Positions 16,189 through 24,000 of a DNA stretch of 24,000 bases are shown one piece after another. The translations under genes were made by a program, and so were the position numbers. The DNA is taken from contig JAVZCJ010000004.1 of the NCBI GenBank assembly GCA_038874475.1, forward strand, positions 105,493 to 129,492, given 5' to 3'. The stretch is from Nitrososphaerota archaeon. Its GTDB lineage: Archaea; Thermoproteota; Nitrososphaeria_A; Caldarchaeales; JAVZCJ01. Numbering within the stretch: position 1 is the stretch's first letter; each line of letters opens with the position of its first letter. Under the pieces are notes generated by a model, which was not told the DNA's origin, made no database searches, and saw only the letters and a list, made by a program, of their open reading frames with translations.

Positions 16189-16461
16189 TTATTCATGAAA
16201 TCTTTGCACATTTATAACAGTTACTTCAGAAATTCCCTCAAACCCTTCTAAAAATTCTTCAATTTTTCTTGAATAACCAGCTTCATCAGGCATTAAAATT
16301 TGTATTATTAATGCTTTTAATCCAAAAGCTATTGGTTCTTCTTTATATGCATAAATTTTAAAATTTTCTGGTAATTTTTCATTTATTGAATTTAACAATT
16401 TTTTTAAATCTATTTCATCACTATTTGGGAAAACCCTATATGTTGCTAATACTTTTGCCAT
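16189..16461 (-). CDS. ef1b: translation elongation factor aEF-1 beta
   Basis: MAKVLATYRVFPNSDEIDLKKL...EEPIAFGLKALIIQILMPDEAG..ISEVTVINVQR matches the about 90-aa archaeal EF-1beta pattern. The ATG at 16461 is preferred over the track's GTG at 16470, because that GTG lies inside the GGTGA Shine-Dalgarno-like element. Confidence 0.85.
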   Translation of the reverse strand: MAKVLATYRVFPNSDEIDLKKLLNSINEKLPENFKIYAYKEEPIAFGLKALIIQILMPDEAGYSRKIEEFLEGFEGISEVTVINVQRFHE

Positions 16462-16475
16462 AATTCTCACCTTTT

Positions 16476-16652
16476 TTATGGTCCTTTAAAACCACACGCA
16501 GGGCATATGTATGGTTGGCCCATGCTTCTACATTTTCCACATCTCCAAATTATTATTTTTCCACAATTTGGACAAGGGAAATTGACACTTTTCTCTCTTG
16601 GAATAATTGGTTTATGGCACCAATTGCAAATTGGTAAAACTATTTTGCTCAT
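16476..16652 (-). CDS. Zn-ribbon protein (COG2888-type, usually encoded next to aEF-1beta)
   Basis: Not in the ORF track (58 aa). MSKIVLPICNWCHKPIIPREKSVNFPCPNCGKIIIWRCGKCRSMGQPYICPACGFKGP contains four CxxC pairs. It ends 14 nt before the aEF-1beta start. This gene pair is a conserved archaeal arrangement. Confidence 0.8.
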   Translation of the reverse strand: MSKIVLPICNWCHKPIIPREKSVNFPCPNCGKIIIWRCGKCRSMGQPYICPACGFKGP

Positions 16653-16692
16653 TGCTTTTTTATCAAAAAAGCTACTATATATAGTTATCTTT

Positions 16693-17877
16693 TTAGAAAA
16701 ATGTTCTTATAAAATTATAAAAAATATTTACCCCATTTCTTAAAATATTCTTCTTCAATATATTAATAATTGTCCTTCTTTGAAAATCCATATCTCCAAA
16801 ATTTTCTATATCTTTTTCTAATCCACTTTCTTTTACTATTTTAAAAATTTTTTCAAAAAATGGAATTGAGATATTGTTTAAAAAATTCCTTAAAAATGCC
16901 ATTGTTTCAAGTTCTGGATAAATTTTTTTCTCTAATAATTTTTCATAAATATTGAATATGTCTTTATTCTCTTTTTCTAATTTACAAATTTTACTTGCAA
17001 TTTCTCCTGCATAAATTGCTCCCAATCCACCAAATATTATTCCTCCACCAGTTGTTGCTTTCACATGCCCAGCAGCATCTCCAACAAATAGCATTCTATT
17101 TTTATAAGCTGGTTTAATTGGTTTACCAGTATAAATAGAAGAAAATGAAATGCCTATTATTTTAGATTTTGGGGATTCTTCTTTAATAAATTTATTAAAT
17201 GCTTTTAATGGAAAATATTTTGTAGCTAAACCAATTTTTCCAATTTCTTCATTTATAGGTACAAAATATCCAAAAAACCCTTTAATGTATTCTTTAAAAA
17301 ATATGTATGCATAATCTTTTTGAAATGAATGATTTGCTATTATTGCTTGAATTGCTGGTAACCATTTTTCAATATTTCTTCCAGTTTTATATCCTAATTG
17401 AATAGAATTTTTTCCCATAGCATTAATTGCTATTTTAGCACAATATTCTTTTTTATTAGAAGAAAAAATTTTTACATTTTTTTCATTATTTAAAATTTTT
17501 AAAGCTTTTACACCTAATTCAATATACGCTCCTTCTTTAATTGCTAAAGAAGCTAAAAATTGATCAAATAATCTTCTATTAACTACTATTGCAACTTTTC
17601 TTTTTGGATTTATTTCAATAATATTATTTTTAGGGGATTTAATAATTGCTCCATTAATAAAATTTTGAATGTAAAAATTTTCAATTGGAATATTTATTTT
17701 CTTTAATCCAGAAATACTTAATAATCCAGCACATTTTTCTGGTTTTCCAATATGATTATGCTCTTCTAATAATAATACTTTACATTTATTTTTTGATGAA
17801 TGGATAGCTGATATTAATCCTGCTGGACCAGCTCCAATGATAATTATATCCAAATCTTTTAATTGCATATTTTTCAT
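16693..17877 (-). CDS. geranylgeranyl reductase family flavoprotein
   Basis: N-terminal FAD dinucleotide-binding fold DIIIIGAGPAGL. The GDAAGHVKATTGGGI block is typical of archaeal geranylgeranyl reductases. Confidence 0.8.
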   Translation of the reverse strand: MKNMQLKDLDIIIIGAGPAGLISAIHSSKNKCKVLLLEEHNHIGKPEKCAGLLSISGLKKINIPIENFYIQNFINGAIIKSPKNNIIEINPKRKVAIVVNRRLFDQFLASLAIKEGAYIELGVKALKILNNEKNVKIFSSNKKEYCAKIAINAMGKNSIQLGYKTGRNIEKWLPAIQAIIANHSFQKDYAYIFFKEYIKGFFGYFVPINEEIGKIGLATKYFPLKAFNKFIKEESPKSKIIGISFSSIYTGKPIKPAYKNRMLFVGDAAGHVKATTGGGIIFGGLGAIYAGEIASKICKLEKENKDIFNIYEKLLEKKIYPELETMAFLRNFLNNISIPFFEKIFKIVKESGLEKDIENFGDMDFQRRTIINILKKNILRNGVNIFYNFIRTFF

Positions 17878-17923
17878 TAAATTAATATATTTCTTATCTA
17901 AAAATTTTTAAAATGAGATAGGA

Positions 17924-18202
17924 ATGGAAAAAGCTAGAGCACATGTTTTTATTTCAGGATTAGTACAAGGAGTATTTTTTAGATGGAATACTAAAAAAAT
18001 GGCTGATAAATTACAATTATCTGGATGGGTTAGAAATTTGCCAGATGGAAGAGTTGAAGCTATTTTTGAAGGAAATAAAGAATCTATTGAAAAAATGATT
18101 GAATGGTGTAAAAAAGGGCCTTCTGAAGCAATTGTAGAAAAAGTTGAAATTATATGGGAAGAATATAAAAGTGAATATAAAGGATTTAAGATAGTATATT
18201 AA
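17924..18202 (+). CDS. acyP: acylphosphatase
   Basis: ISGLVQGVFFRWNT and GWVRNLPDGRVEA are the two acylphosphatase signature blocks. The ORF is 92 aa. Confidence 0.9.
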   Translation: MEKARAHVFISGLVQGVFFRWNTKKMADKLQLSGWVRNLPDGRVEAIFEGNKESIEKMIEWCKKGPSEAIVEKVEIIWEEYKSEYKGFKIVY

Positions 18203-18268
18203 ATCTTTTAAAAGATATATTTAAGTTCTTTTATTTTTTATAAGATTATTTAAACATATGGTGATTCT

Positions 18269-18967
18269 ATGCCTATAGAAAAAGGGAGTTTCATATTGCT
18301 AGATTATACAGCTCGTATAAAAGAAACTAATGAAGTATTTGAAACAACTATTGAAGAAGAAGCAAAAAAAGCTGGTTTATACAATCCATCTATAATTTAT
18401 GAACCTAGATTAATTATTATAGGTGATGGATGGATTTTAAAAAGTGTTGAAGAAAAATTAATAGGATTAGAAGAAGCTTCAGAAATCAATATTGAAATTC
18501 CACCTGAAAATGCATTTGGCCCAAGAGATCCAAATAAAATAAAAATAATTCCTTTAAGAAGATTTAGATCAAGTGAAGTAACTCCAACTATTGGAGCTAG
18601 AGTTTCTATAGATGGAAAAGAAGGTGTTATACGTTCAATAAGTTCTGGAAGAGTACAAGTTGATTTTAATCCCCCTCTTGCAGGAAAATCTTTAATATAT
18701 GAGTGCAAAATTAGAAAAATCATAATAGATCCTATTGAAAAAATTAAGTATCTTTTACATGATAGAATGAAAGAAGTGGAAGTTGATAAATTTTCTGTAG
18801 AAATATTAGAAAAGGAAGTTAGAATAAAAATGCCTAAAGAATCTTTTTTACTTCCAACATTACAAATTGCTAAAAAACTCACTTCAAAAATAATCTATAC
18901 TCATATGCCAGAAATTGAAAAAGTTTCTTTTATTGAAGAATACCTTAAATCTGAAAGTGAAACTTAG
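18269..18967 (+). CDS. FKBP-type peptidyl-prolyl cis-trans isomerase (long archaeal type with insert and C-terminal domain)
   Basis: The N-terminal FKBP half reads ILLDYTARIKETNEVFETT. The FKBP-closing block is VQVDFNPPLAGKSLIYECKI. An IF-like insert lies between them and an extra C-terminal domain follows. Confidence 0.8.
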   Translation: MPIEKGSFILLDYTARIKETNEVFETTIEEEAKKAGLYNPSIIYEPRLIIIGDGWILKSVEEKLIGLEEASEINIEIPPENAFGPRDPNKIKIIPLRRFRSSEVTPTIGARVSIDGKEGVIRSISSGRVQVDFNPPLAGKSLIYECKIRKIIIDPIEKIKYLLHDRMKEVEVDKFSVEILEKEVRIKMPKESFLLPTLQIAKKLTSKIIYTHMPEIEKVSFIEEYLKSESET

Positions 18968-19088
18968 TATTTTTCAATTTTATTAATTTTTATAATAAAA
19001 CTTTTTATTTAAGTTTAGTTTTTCTTTTTTTATTAAACATTCTTAAACATATAAAACATTATATATAAAATTAAATTGGAGATATTCA

Positions 19089-19748
19089 ATGAATATTAAA
19101 CATATTGATATTTCAATGGAGAATATAAGAAAAACTGGAACAACAACTGTTGGATTATCTATTAAAGATGCTGTAGTGTTTGCTACAGATACTAGAGTTA
19201 CTGCAGGATATTTTGTAGCACATAGAAAAGGGAAAAAATTATTTCCACTTTCAGATAATGCAGCTATAACTATTGCAGGAAGAGTTGCTGATGCTCAAGT
19301 TTTAATAAATATTCTTAAAGCAAATATAAATTATTATCAAATAACTCATGGAAAACCTATGGATATTATTTCAATTTCTAGATTAGCAGCAAATCTTTTC
19401 TTTAGAGAAAGAATATTTCCATTGCTTGCACAAGTAATAATTGGGGGAATAGATTCTACTGGTTCTCATCTTTATACTATTGATTTTACAGGTTCTTTAA
19501 CAGAAGAAAATATAGTATCAACAGGTTCAGGATCTCCAATTGCATATGGAATTATTGAAGCAGAATATAGAAAAGATTTAACTTTAGAAGAAGCTTTAAT
19601 GCTTTCTGCTAAAGCTGTAGCATCAGCTATAAAAAGAGATATAGGTACTGGAGATAGTATAGATTTGGCATACATTTCTAAAACAAAAGGATATACAGAA
19701 TTATCTCCTAAAGAAAAAGAAAAATATGTTAAACCATTCATCAGCTAA
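19089..19748 (+). CDS. psmB: proteasome subunit beta
   Basis: The propeptide ends in RKTG|TTTVGL (catalytic Thr1). The blocks GRVADAQ and the GSGS motif follow. Confidence 0.9.
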   Translation: MNIKHIDISMENIRKTGTTTVGLSIKDAVVFATDTRVTAGYFVAHRKGKKLFPLSDNAAITIAGRVADAQVLINILKANINYYQITHGKPMDIISISRLAANLFFRERIFPLLAQVIIGGIDSTGSHLYTIDFTGSLTEENIVSTGSGSPIAYGIIEAEYRKDLTLEEALMLSAKAVASAIKRDIGTGDSIDLAYISKTKGYTELSPKEKEKYVKPFIS

Positions 19749-19802
19749 ATAAATATTTTAAAAAAATAAAAAACTATATAAAATACGAGATAGATTTAAA
19801 AA

Positions 19803-21704
19803 ATGGAAACAATAAGAAATGATATAGTAAAATATTTTACAACAATTGCTCCTAAAGAAGTAGCTATAACTAGGATTGAGTATGAAGGAACAAAATTAGC
19901 AATATATACAAAAAATCCTAAAATATTTTATGAACAAGATCAAATTGCTAGAGATTTAGTAAGTCTTATAAAAAAGAGAGTTGTAATAAGGTCAGACCCT
20001 TCTATTAGATTACCTAAGGAAAAAGTTGAAAGTATAATTAAAGAGAAAATTCCAATGGATAAAATAAAGAACATTATTCTTGATGAATTATTAGGAGAAA
20101 TAATTATTGAAGCACATAATCCAGATGATATATTAAACAATTATAAAAATATTCTTGATGATTTAACAAAATTAACTTTATGGAAACCAAGAATAATAAA
20201 ATCTCCATTAATGCATTCAAAAACTCTTGAGCAAGTAAGAGGTTTCATGTATGGATCAATAATTGAAAGAAAAGAAATTTTAAGGAATATTGGTGAAAGA
20301 ATTTTTAGACCTATTTTATTAAATATCGGAGATTTAAGTATAACAATATTAGGATCAGGACAGCAAGTTGGTAGGTCAGCAATATTAGTTGAAACAAAAG
20401 AAAGTAAAGTTTTAATAGATTGTGGAATAGACCCTGGAGCAAATTCTTTAATAAATCAATTTCCAAGGTTTGATGCGATAGCTGAAAAAATATCTCAATT
20501 GGATGCGATAATTATTTCTCATGCTCATTTAGACCATTCGGCACTTGTTCCATATTTATTCAAGTATGATATTAATGTTCCTGTTTTTTGTTCAGAACCT
20601 ACACTTCCATTAATGGCAATGCTTCAAAGTGATTTTATAAATGTAGCTGGGAAAGAAGGAATTCCACCACCTTATACTGAGAAAGAAATTAGAAAAATGC
20701 TTTTACATACGATTCCTTTAAAATATAAAACTGTAACAAATATTACTCCAGATATTAGATTAACTATGTATAATTCTGGTCATATATTAGGAGCTGCTAT
20801 AATTCATTTACACATTGGAGAAGGTTTTCATAATATTATTTACACAAGCGATTTTAAATTTGAGAAAACACGTTTATTAGATGCTAGTACTTATAAATTT
20901 CCAAAAATGGAAACTCTTATTATAGAAAGCACTTATGGAAATACTTTTGTTCCATTTACAAGAGAAGATAGCGAGAAACTCTTAGCAAGCTATATTAAGC
21001 AAACTATTGAGCAAGGAGGTAAAGCTTTGATACCTGTTCCAGCAGTAGGAAGAGCACAAGAAATTCTTTTAGTATTAGATAATTTAATTAGAAGCAATTT
21101 CATTCCTGAAGTACCAATATTTGTAGATGGTCTTATAAATGAAGCTACTGCAATTCATACAGCATATTCACAATATTTATCAAATGATTTAAGACCTTTA
21201 CTTGAAGGAGGATCAAATCCATTTTCTTCAGAATATGTAACAACTGTATTAAATAATTCTCAAAGAGATGAAATAATAGAATCTAAAAACCCATGCATAA
21301 TATTATCTACTTCTGGAATGTTAGAAGGAGGACCAGTATTAAATTACTTTAGAGAACTTTCTGAAGATGAAAAGAACTTTTTAATATTTGTAAGTTATCA
21401 AGTAGAAGGCACATTGGGTAGAAAACTTTTAAAAGGTATTAGGGATATTTCTTTAATAAATGAAAATGGTAAAACAAAAGTTATTCATGTAAAAATGAAA
21501 ATAGATAAAGTTGATGGTTTTTCAGGGCATTCAAGTAGACAACAATTATTAGATTATTTGAAAAAGGTATCTCCTAAACCTAAAAATTTAATAATTTTAC
21601 ATGGAGAACCTGAAGCTATAGAAAGTATTGCAAAAACAGCTAATAAAATTATTCCAGCTAAAATATATACTCCTAAAAATTTAGATGCTATTTGTTTATC
21701 ATAA
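19803..21704 (+). CDS. aCPSF1: aCPSF1: KH-domain + metallo-beta-lactamase/beta-CASP ribonuclease (archaeal transcription termination factor family)
   Basis: The N-terminal KH-like region is followed by MBL motif ISHAHLDHSALVP and beta-CASP motifs (ESTYG; FSGHSSRQQL; ILHGEP). The 633-aa size is typical of aCPSF1. Confidence 0.9.
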   Translation: METIRNDIVKYFTTIAPKEVAITRIEYEGTKLAIYTKNPKIFYEQDQIARDLVSLIKKRVVIRSDPSIRLPKEKVESIIKEKIPMDKIKNIILDELLGEIIIEAHNPDDILNNYKNILDDLTKLTLWKPRIIKSPLMHSKTLEQVRGFMYGSIIERKEILRNIGERIFRPILLNIGDLSITILGSGQQVGRSAILVETKESKVLIDCGIDPGANSLINQFPRFDAIAEKISQLDAIIISHAHLDHSALVPYLFKYDINVPVFCSEPTLPLMAMLQSDFINVAGKEGIPPPYTEKEIRKMLLHTIPLKYKTVTNITPDIRLTMYNSGHILGAAIIHLHIGEGFHNIIYTSDFKFEKTRLLDASTYKFPKMETLIIESTYGNTFVPFTREDSEKLLASYIKQTIEQGGKALIPVPAVGRAQEILLVLDNLIRSNFIPEVPIFVDGLINEATAIHTAYSQYLSNDLRPLLEGGSNPFSSEYVTTVLNNSQRDEIIESKNPCIILSTSGMLEGGPVLNYFRELSEDEKNFLIFVSYQVEGTLGRKLLKGIRDISLINENGKTKVIHVKMKIDKVDGFSGHSSRQQLLDYLKKVSPKPKNLIILHGEPEAIESIAKTANKIIPAKIYTPKNLDAICLS

Positions 21705-22103
21705 TTTTATTATTGTATTTGGTGATATAAGTATTATTTTTTTATTTTCTATCCATCCGATATCTCCACCAATTTCATCAATGCTATCTTTTAATCTTAA
21801 TAAGAAATCTTTAAAATTTTCAACATCTATTTTTTGAGGAACATCTATAATTATAAAACCACCATTTTTTAAAATATCTATTAAAGAATCTAATAAAATA
21901 TTTTCATCATATATTATATAATAAAGCCTAGATTCCTTTTTCTCAATTTCTTCTTTTTTAATTTCTTCTTTAATTTCAGGTTCAGGTAGAATTATTTTTA
22001 TTTCTTCCTCTTCCTCTTTTACTTCTTCCTTTTCTGAAACTTCTTTTATTGCTTCCTCTATTTCCTTCCAAATTTTTTCTTCATTATTACTTCTTTTTGC
22101 CAT
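21699..22103 (-). CDS. sepF: SepF-like cell-division protein (DUF552 core) with a Glu/Lys-rich N-terminal linker
   Basis: The C-terminal core RLYYIIYDENILLDSLIDILKNGGFIIIDVPQKID..FLLRLKDSIDEIGGDIGWIENKKIILISPNTII aligns by eye with archaeal SepF cores (..DGNLVIADI...EVDGDIVQKGDDQIVITPTGISI). Its 3' end overlaps the aCPSF1 stop convergently by 6 nt. Confidence 0.6.
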   Translation of the reverse strand: MAKRSNNEEKIWKEIEEAIKEVSEKEEVKEEEEEIKIILPEPEIKEEIKKEEIEKKESRLYYIIYDENILLDSLIDILKNGGFIIIDVPQKIDVENFKDFLLRLKDSIDEIGGDIGWIENKKIILISPNTIIKL

Positions 22104-22120
22104 TTTTTCTAAATTATATA

Positions 22121-22651
22121 TTAATCAAATTGGTTAATAAAGCCTTCTATTTCAGGCAATATTTTCCAAATACTATCTCCTACATAATGAATATTTTTTA
22201 TAATTTTCCCCTTTTTTTCTTCAATACATGAATAAGATTCTTTTAAAGCTTCTCCAATAGCTAAAATTTTAGAATATTCAATATCTTTGATTAAAACAAT
22301 ATCTCCTATTGAAAAATTTCCATTAAATTTAACTATTCCAGGTCTCATAATATCTGCTCCATCGCATATATGTGGAATAGCTCCTTTATCAATAAAAACA
22401 CTTGGCAATTTAGAAAATATTTCTGAATTAATTTTTAAAGATAATGCTGGAAAAAATTTTGAATTATGTAAAAAAAGCAATGCCTTATCTTGAAAATAAT
22501 AAAAATTAATTTTTTCATAATTTATTATGTATATGTTTATTTTACTTTCTATTAATAATTTTTCTTCAATAATTTTAGATAATTGATTTATATATGATTT
22601 GGTGAAATCTCTTTTGCTTGTTCCTGTTAATTTTCTATAATAAATATTCAT
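22121..22651 (-). CDS. PUA-domain RNA-binding protein (pre-PUA + PUA, MCT-1/Tma20-like)
   Basis: The block FIDKGAIPHICDGADIMRPGI..GDIVLIKD matches the PUA-domain core motif (G-A-D-v-M-x-P-G). The 176-aa size is typical of archaeal stand-alone PUA proteins. Confidence 0.7.
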   Translation of the reverse strand: MNIYYRKLTGTSKRDFTKSYINQLSKIIEEKLLIESKINIYIINYEKINFYYFQDKALLFLHNSKFFPALSLKINSEIFSKLPSVFIDKGAIPHICDGADIMRPGIVKFNGNFSIGDIVLIKDIEYSKILAIGEALKESYSCIEEKKGKIIKNIHYVGDSIWKILPEIEGFINQFD

Positions 22652-22740
22652 TTTTTCTCTTTATAGTATATAAACCTAATATTAAAAGATATATTTTATT
22701 ATTATACTATTTTATTAGAAAAAAATGGTTGGTGGAAAGA

Positions 22741-22977
22741 TTGTCTGTGGATATATCTCTTAAAGTTCTTTCAAAAAGCTTAGGTGAAAAAGTTTTAGTA
22801 AAGCTTAGGAATGGAAAAACTCTTAGAGGTTTTCTTCAAGGATATGATCAACATATGAATCTTGTTCTTGAAGATGCTGAAGAAATAGTAAATGATGAAA
22901 ATACTAATAAATTAGGTCCAATAGTTGTAAGAGGAGATAATATAATAATGATATCTCCGCTTTTAATAAAAAAATAA
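22741..22977 (+). CDS. Sm-like archaeal protein (SmAP/LSm)
   Basis: Sm1 is LGEKVLVKLRNGKTLRGFLQGYDQHMNLVLEDAEE. Sm2 is IVVRGDNIIMISP. The track ORF starts at 22618, but that extension overlaps the divergent PUA gene. TTG 22741, with GGTGG 5 nt upstream, or GTG 22747 gives the normal-length protein. Confidence 0.85.
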   Translation: MSVDISLKVLSKSLGEKVLVKLRNGKTLRGFLQGYDQHMNLVLEDAEEIVNDENTNKLGPIVVRGDNIIMISPLLIKK

Positions 22978-22992
22978 TGGTGTTCATGAAAA

Positions 22993-23154
22993 ATGGTAAA
23001 AGGCACTCCTTCTTTTGGTAAAAGGAATAAAAAAGTGCATATAAGATGTAGACGTTGTGGTAGAGTATCTTTTCATGTTTCTAAAAAAAGGTGTGCTGCT
23101 TGTGGCTTTGGAGAAACAAAGACATTAAGGAAATATAAATGGCATAAATTTTAA
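22993..23154 (+). CDS. rpl37e: 50S ribosomal protein L37e
   Basis: Not in the ORF track (53 aa). [53 protein letters not shown] matches the L37e [20 protein letters not shown] zinc-ribbon pattern. Sm-L37e is a conserved archaeal gene pair. Confidence 0.9.
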   Translation: MVKGTPSFGKRNKKVHIRCRRCGRVSFHVSKKRCAACGFGETKTLRKYKWHKF

Positions 23155-23252
23155 ATTTTTAAGTCTCTTCATGAAAACTTAATGGAAAAATATATTGTAA
23201 ATTTTTAAAAATAAAAGTTAAGTTTTTATTATTTTATGAAATTCTATAATTT

Positions 23253-23798
23253 ATGAAAATCGAGGTTGATCTTAACGAATCTTATAAACTTCTTCATCCA
23301 CGTCCAGTTGCAATGATATGTTCTATTGGAAATGATGGTAAAATAAATATTATGGCATGTTCTTGGATTACTCCTATAAGCGATGAACCACCATTAATAG
23401 CAATATCTTTATGGTCTAAAGGATATACGCATAAATTAATAGATGAAATTGGTGAATTTACAGTTAATATACCATCAATAAATCTATTAGAAAAGGTATG
23501 GATAGCTGGTACTAAAAGTGGAAGCAAAGTAGATAAAGCTAAATTATTAAAATTATCATTTAAAGAATCGAAAAAAGTTAAACCTCCAATAATAAATGAT
23601 TGTATAGGAAATTTAGAATGTAAAGTTAGGAATAGAATAATTGTAAATGAGCAAATATTATATATTGCTGAAGTATTAAAAGCGTATGTTGAGGAAAATT
23701 TATTTGAAGATAATATTTTAATTGAAGAAGCAAATATATTACATCATGTTGGTGGTAAAATTTTTGCAATAACAACAAAATATTTAAAAGCCAAATAG
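23253..23798 (+). CDS. flavin reductase-like FMN-binding domain protein (flavoredoxin family)
   Basis: LLHPRPVAMICS..GKINIMACSWITPIS.EPPLIAISL is the typical N-terminal pattern of flavin-reductase-like split-barrel domains. Confidence 0.7.
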   Translation: MKIEVDLNESYKLLHPRPVAMICSIGNDGKINIMACSWITPISDEPPLIAISLWSKGYTHKLIDEIGEFTVNIPSINLLEKVWIAGTKSGSKVDKAKLLKLSFKESKKVKPPIINDCIGNLECKVRNRIIVNEQILYIAEVLKAYVEENLFEDNILIEEANILHHVGGKIFAITTKYLKAK

Positions 23799-23802
23799 TT
23801 TT

Positions 23803-24000
23803 TTATAATTCAATCGTTGTAGAAAACTTATGTTCTCTTATTTTATGAGGGTTTGAAATTAAGCTTTTTAGATTTTCCTTTAAAGCATCGAACATTTCAT
23901 TAAAACTTTGTTCAACTTTCCTTTTTCTTTTTACTGGTGTACAAAAAGATACTACTTCTTTATATAAAAATGGATGGTCTATACCAATTTCCCTAATTTT
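23803..24000 (-). CDS. hypothetical protein, C-terminal 65 codons only (gene starts beyond the window)
   Basis: An open minus-strand frame runs from the window edge to TAA at 23803..23805: KIREIGIDHPFLYKEVVSFCTPVKRKRKVEQSFNEMFDALKENLKSLISNPHKIREHKFSTTIEL. No family was recognised. Confidence 0.45.
   Translation of the reverse strand, partial: KIREIGIDHPFLYKEVVSFCTPVKRKRKVEQSFNEMFDALKENLKSLISNPHKIREHKFSTTIEL

Noticed and set aside
16462-16470. GTG start (MRIMAKV..) for aEF-1beta as in the track
   Set aside because: That GTG lies inside the GGTGA Shine-Dalgarno-like element. The ATG at 16461 gives the conserved MAKV N-terminus.
16507-16743. 78-aa plus-strand ORF
   Set aside because: It is antisense to the 58-aa four-CxxC Zn-ribbon gene (16476..16652) and overlaps the 3' end of the geranylgeranyl reductase gene. 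The minus-strand reading is the conserved one.
18397-20140. Track ORFs 18397..18882, 19472..19741 and 19940..20140 (minus)
   Set aside because: They are antisense shadows within the FKBP, proteasome beta and aCPSF1 genes respectively.
22049-22493. Track ORFs 22049..22231 and 22287..22493 (plus)
   Set aside because: They are antisense to the SepF-like and PUA genes.
22618-22740. 41-codon N-terminal extension of the Sm ORF given in the track
   Set aside because: The extension overlaps the divergent PUA gene start and reads as low-complexity FLLIFYNKYSFF. Sm proteins are about 75 aa. An internal TTG with GGTGG upstream gives the canonical length.
23294-23527. 77-aa minus-strand ORF
   Set aside because: It is antisense to the flavin reductase-like gene.

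Overview
AT-rich archaeal chromosomal window. Protein-coding DNA is very A+T-rich by eye, while all four tRNA genes are strongly G+C-rich, which fits a thermophile. No database search or folding program could be run, so every call rests on reading the sequence and the supplied ORF track. Three zones. (1) 1-4.1 kb is metabolism and transport: an RbsC-type ABC permease and an ABC ATPase on the minus strand, split by an opposite-strand creatininase-family gene, followed by a cupin and a PP-loop Dph6-type ATP pyrophosphatase. (2) About 4.4-11.5 kb is a tRNA-dense accessory island bounded by tRNA-Gly(UCC) and tRNA-Lys(CUU). It holds a 4-bp-overlapping wHTH + minimal nucleotidyltransferase pair (AbiEi/AbiEii-like). 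A perfect 80-bp direct repeat duplicates the 3' end of the NTase gene and brackets 3.8 kb of cargo. The cargo is tRNA-Leu(GAG), tRNA-Ala(CGC), a frameshifted retropepsin-like pseudogene, an uncharacterised pair of an alpha/alpha-toroid (prenyltransferase-repeat) protein with a double CxxC...CxxH protein, and a JAMM/MPN protease. After the repeat come a type IV pilin-like gene and a membrane-anchored surface protein with a hendecad-repeat tail. (3) 11.6-24 kb is conserved archaeal housekeeping: Trm5, FEN1, small wHTH, CDC48, aEF-1beta, Zn-ribbon, geranylgeranyl reductase, acylphosphatase, FKBP, proteasome beta, aCPSF1, SepF-like, PUA, Sm, L37e, flavin reductase-like. Most notable observations: tRNA-Lys needs three introns and tRNA-Leu needs two 14-nt introns to fold, each with bulge-helix-bulge support. 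The 80-bp att-like repeat has no visible integrase. A 110-bp stretch is 100% identical between the D1 and D2 ATPase domains of cdc48. Two conserved small genes (Zn-ribbon, L37e) are missing from the ORF track. No CRISPR array, rRNA or recognisable transposase/integrase was seen.
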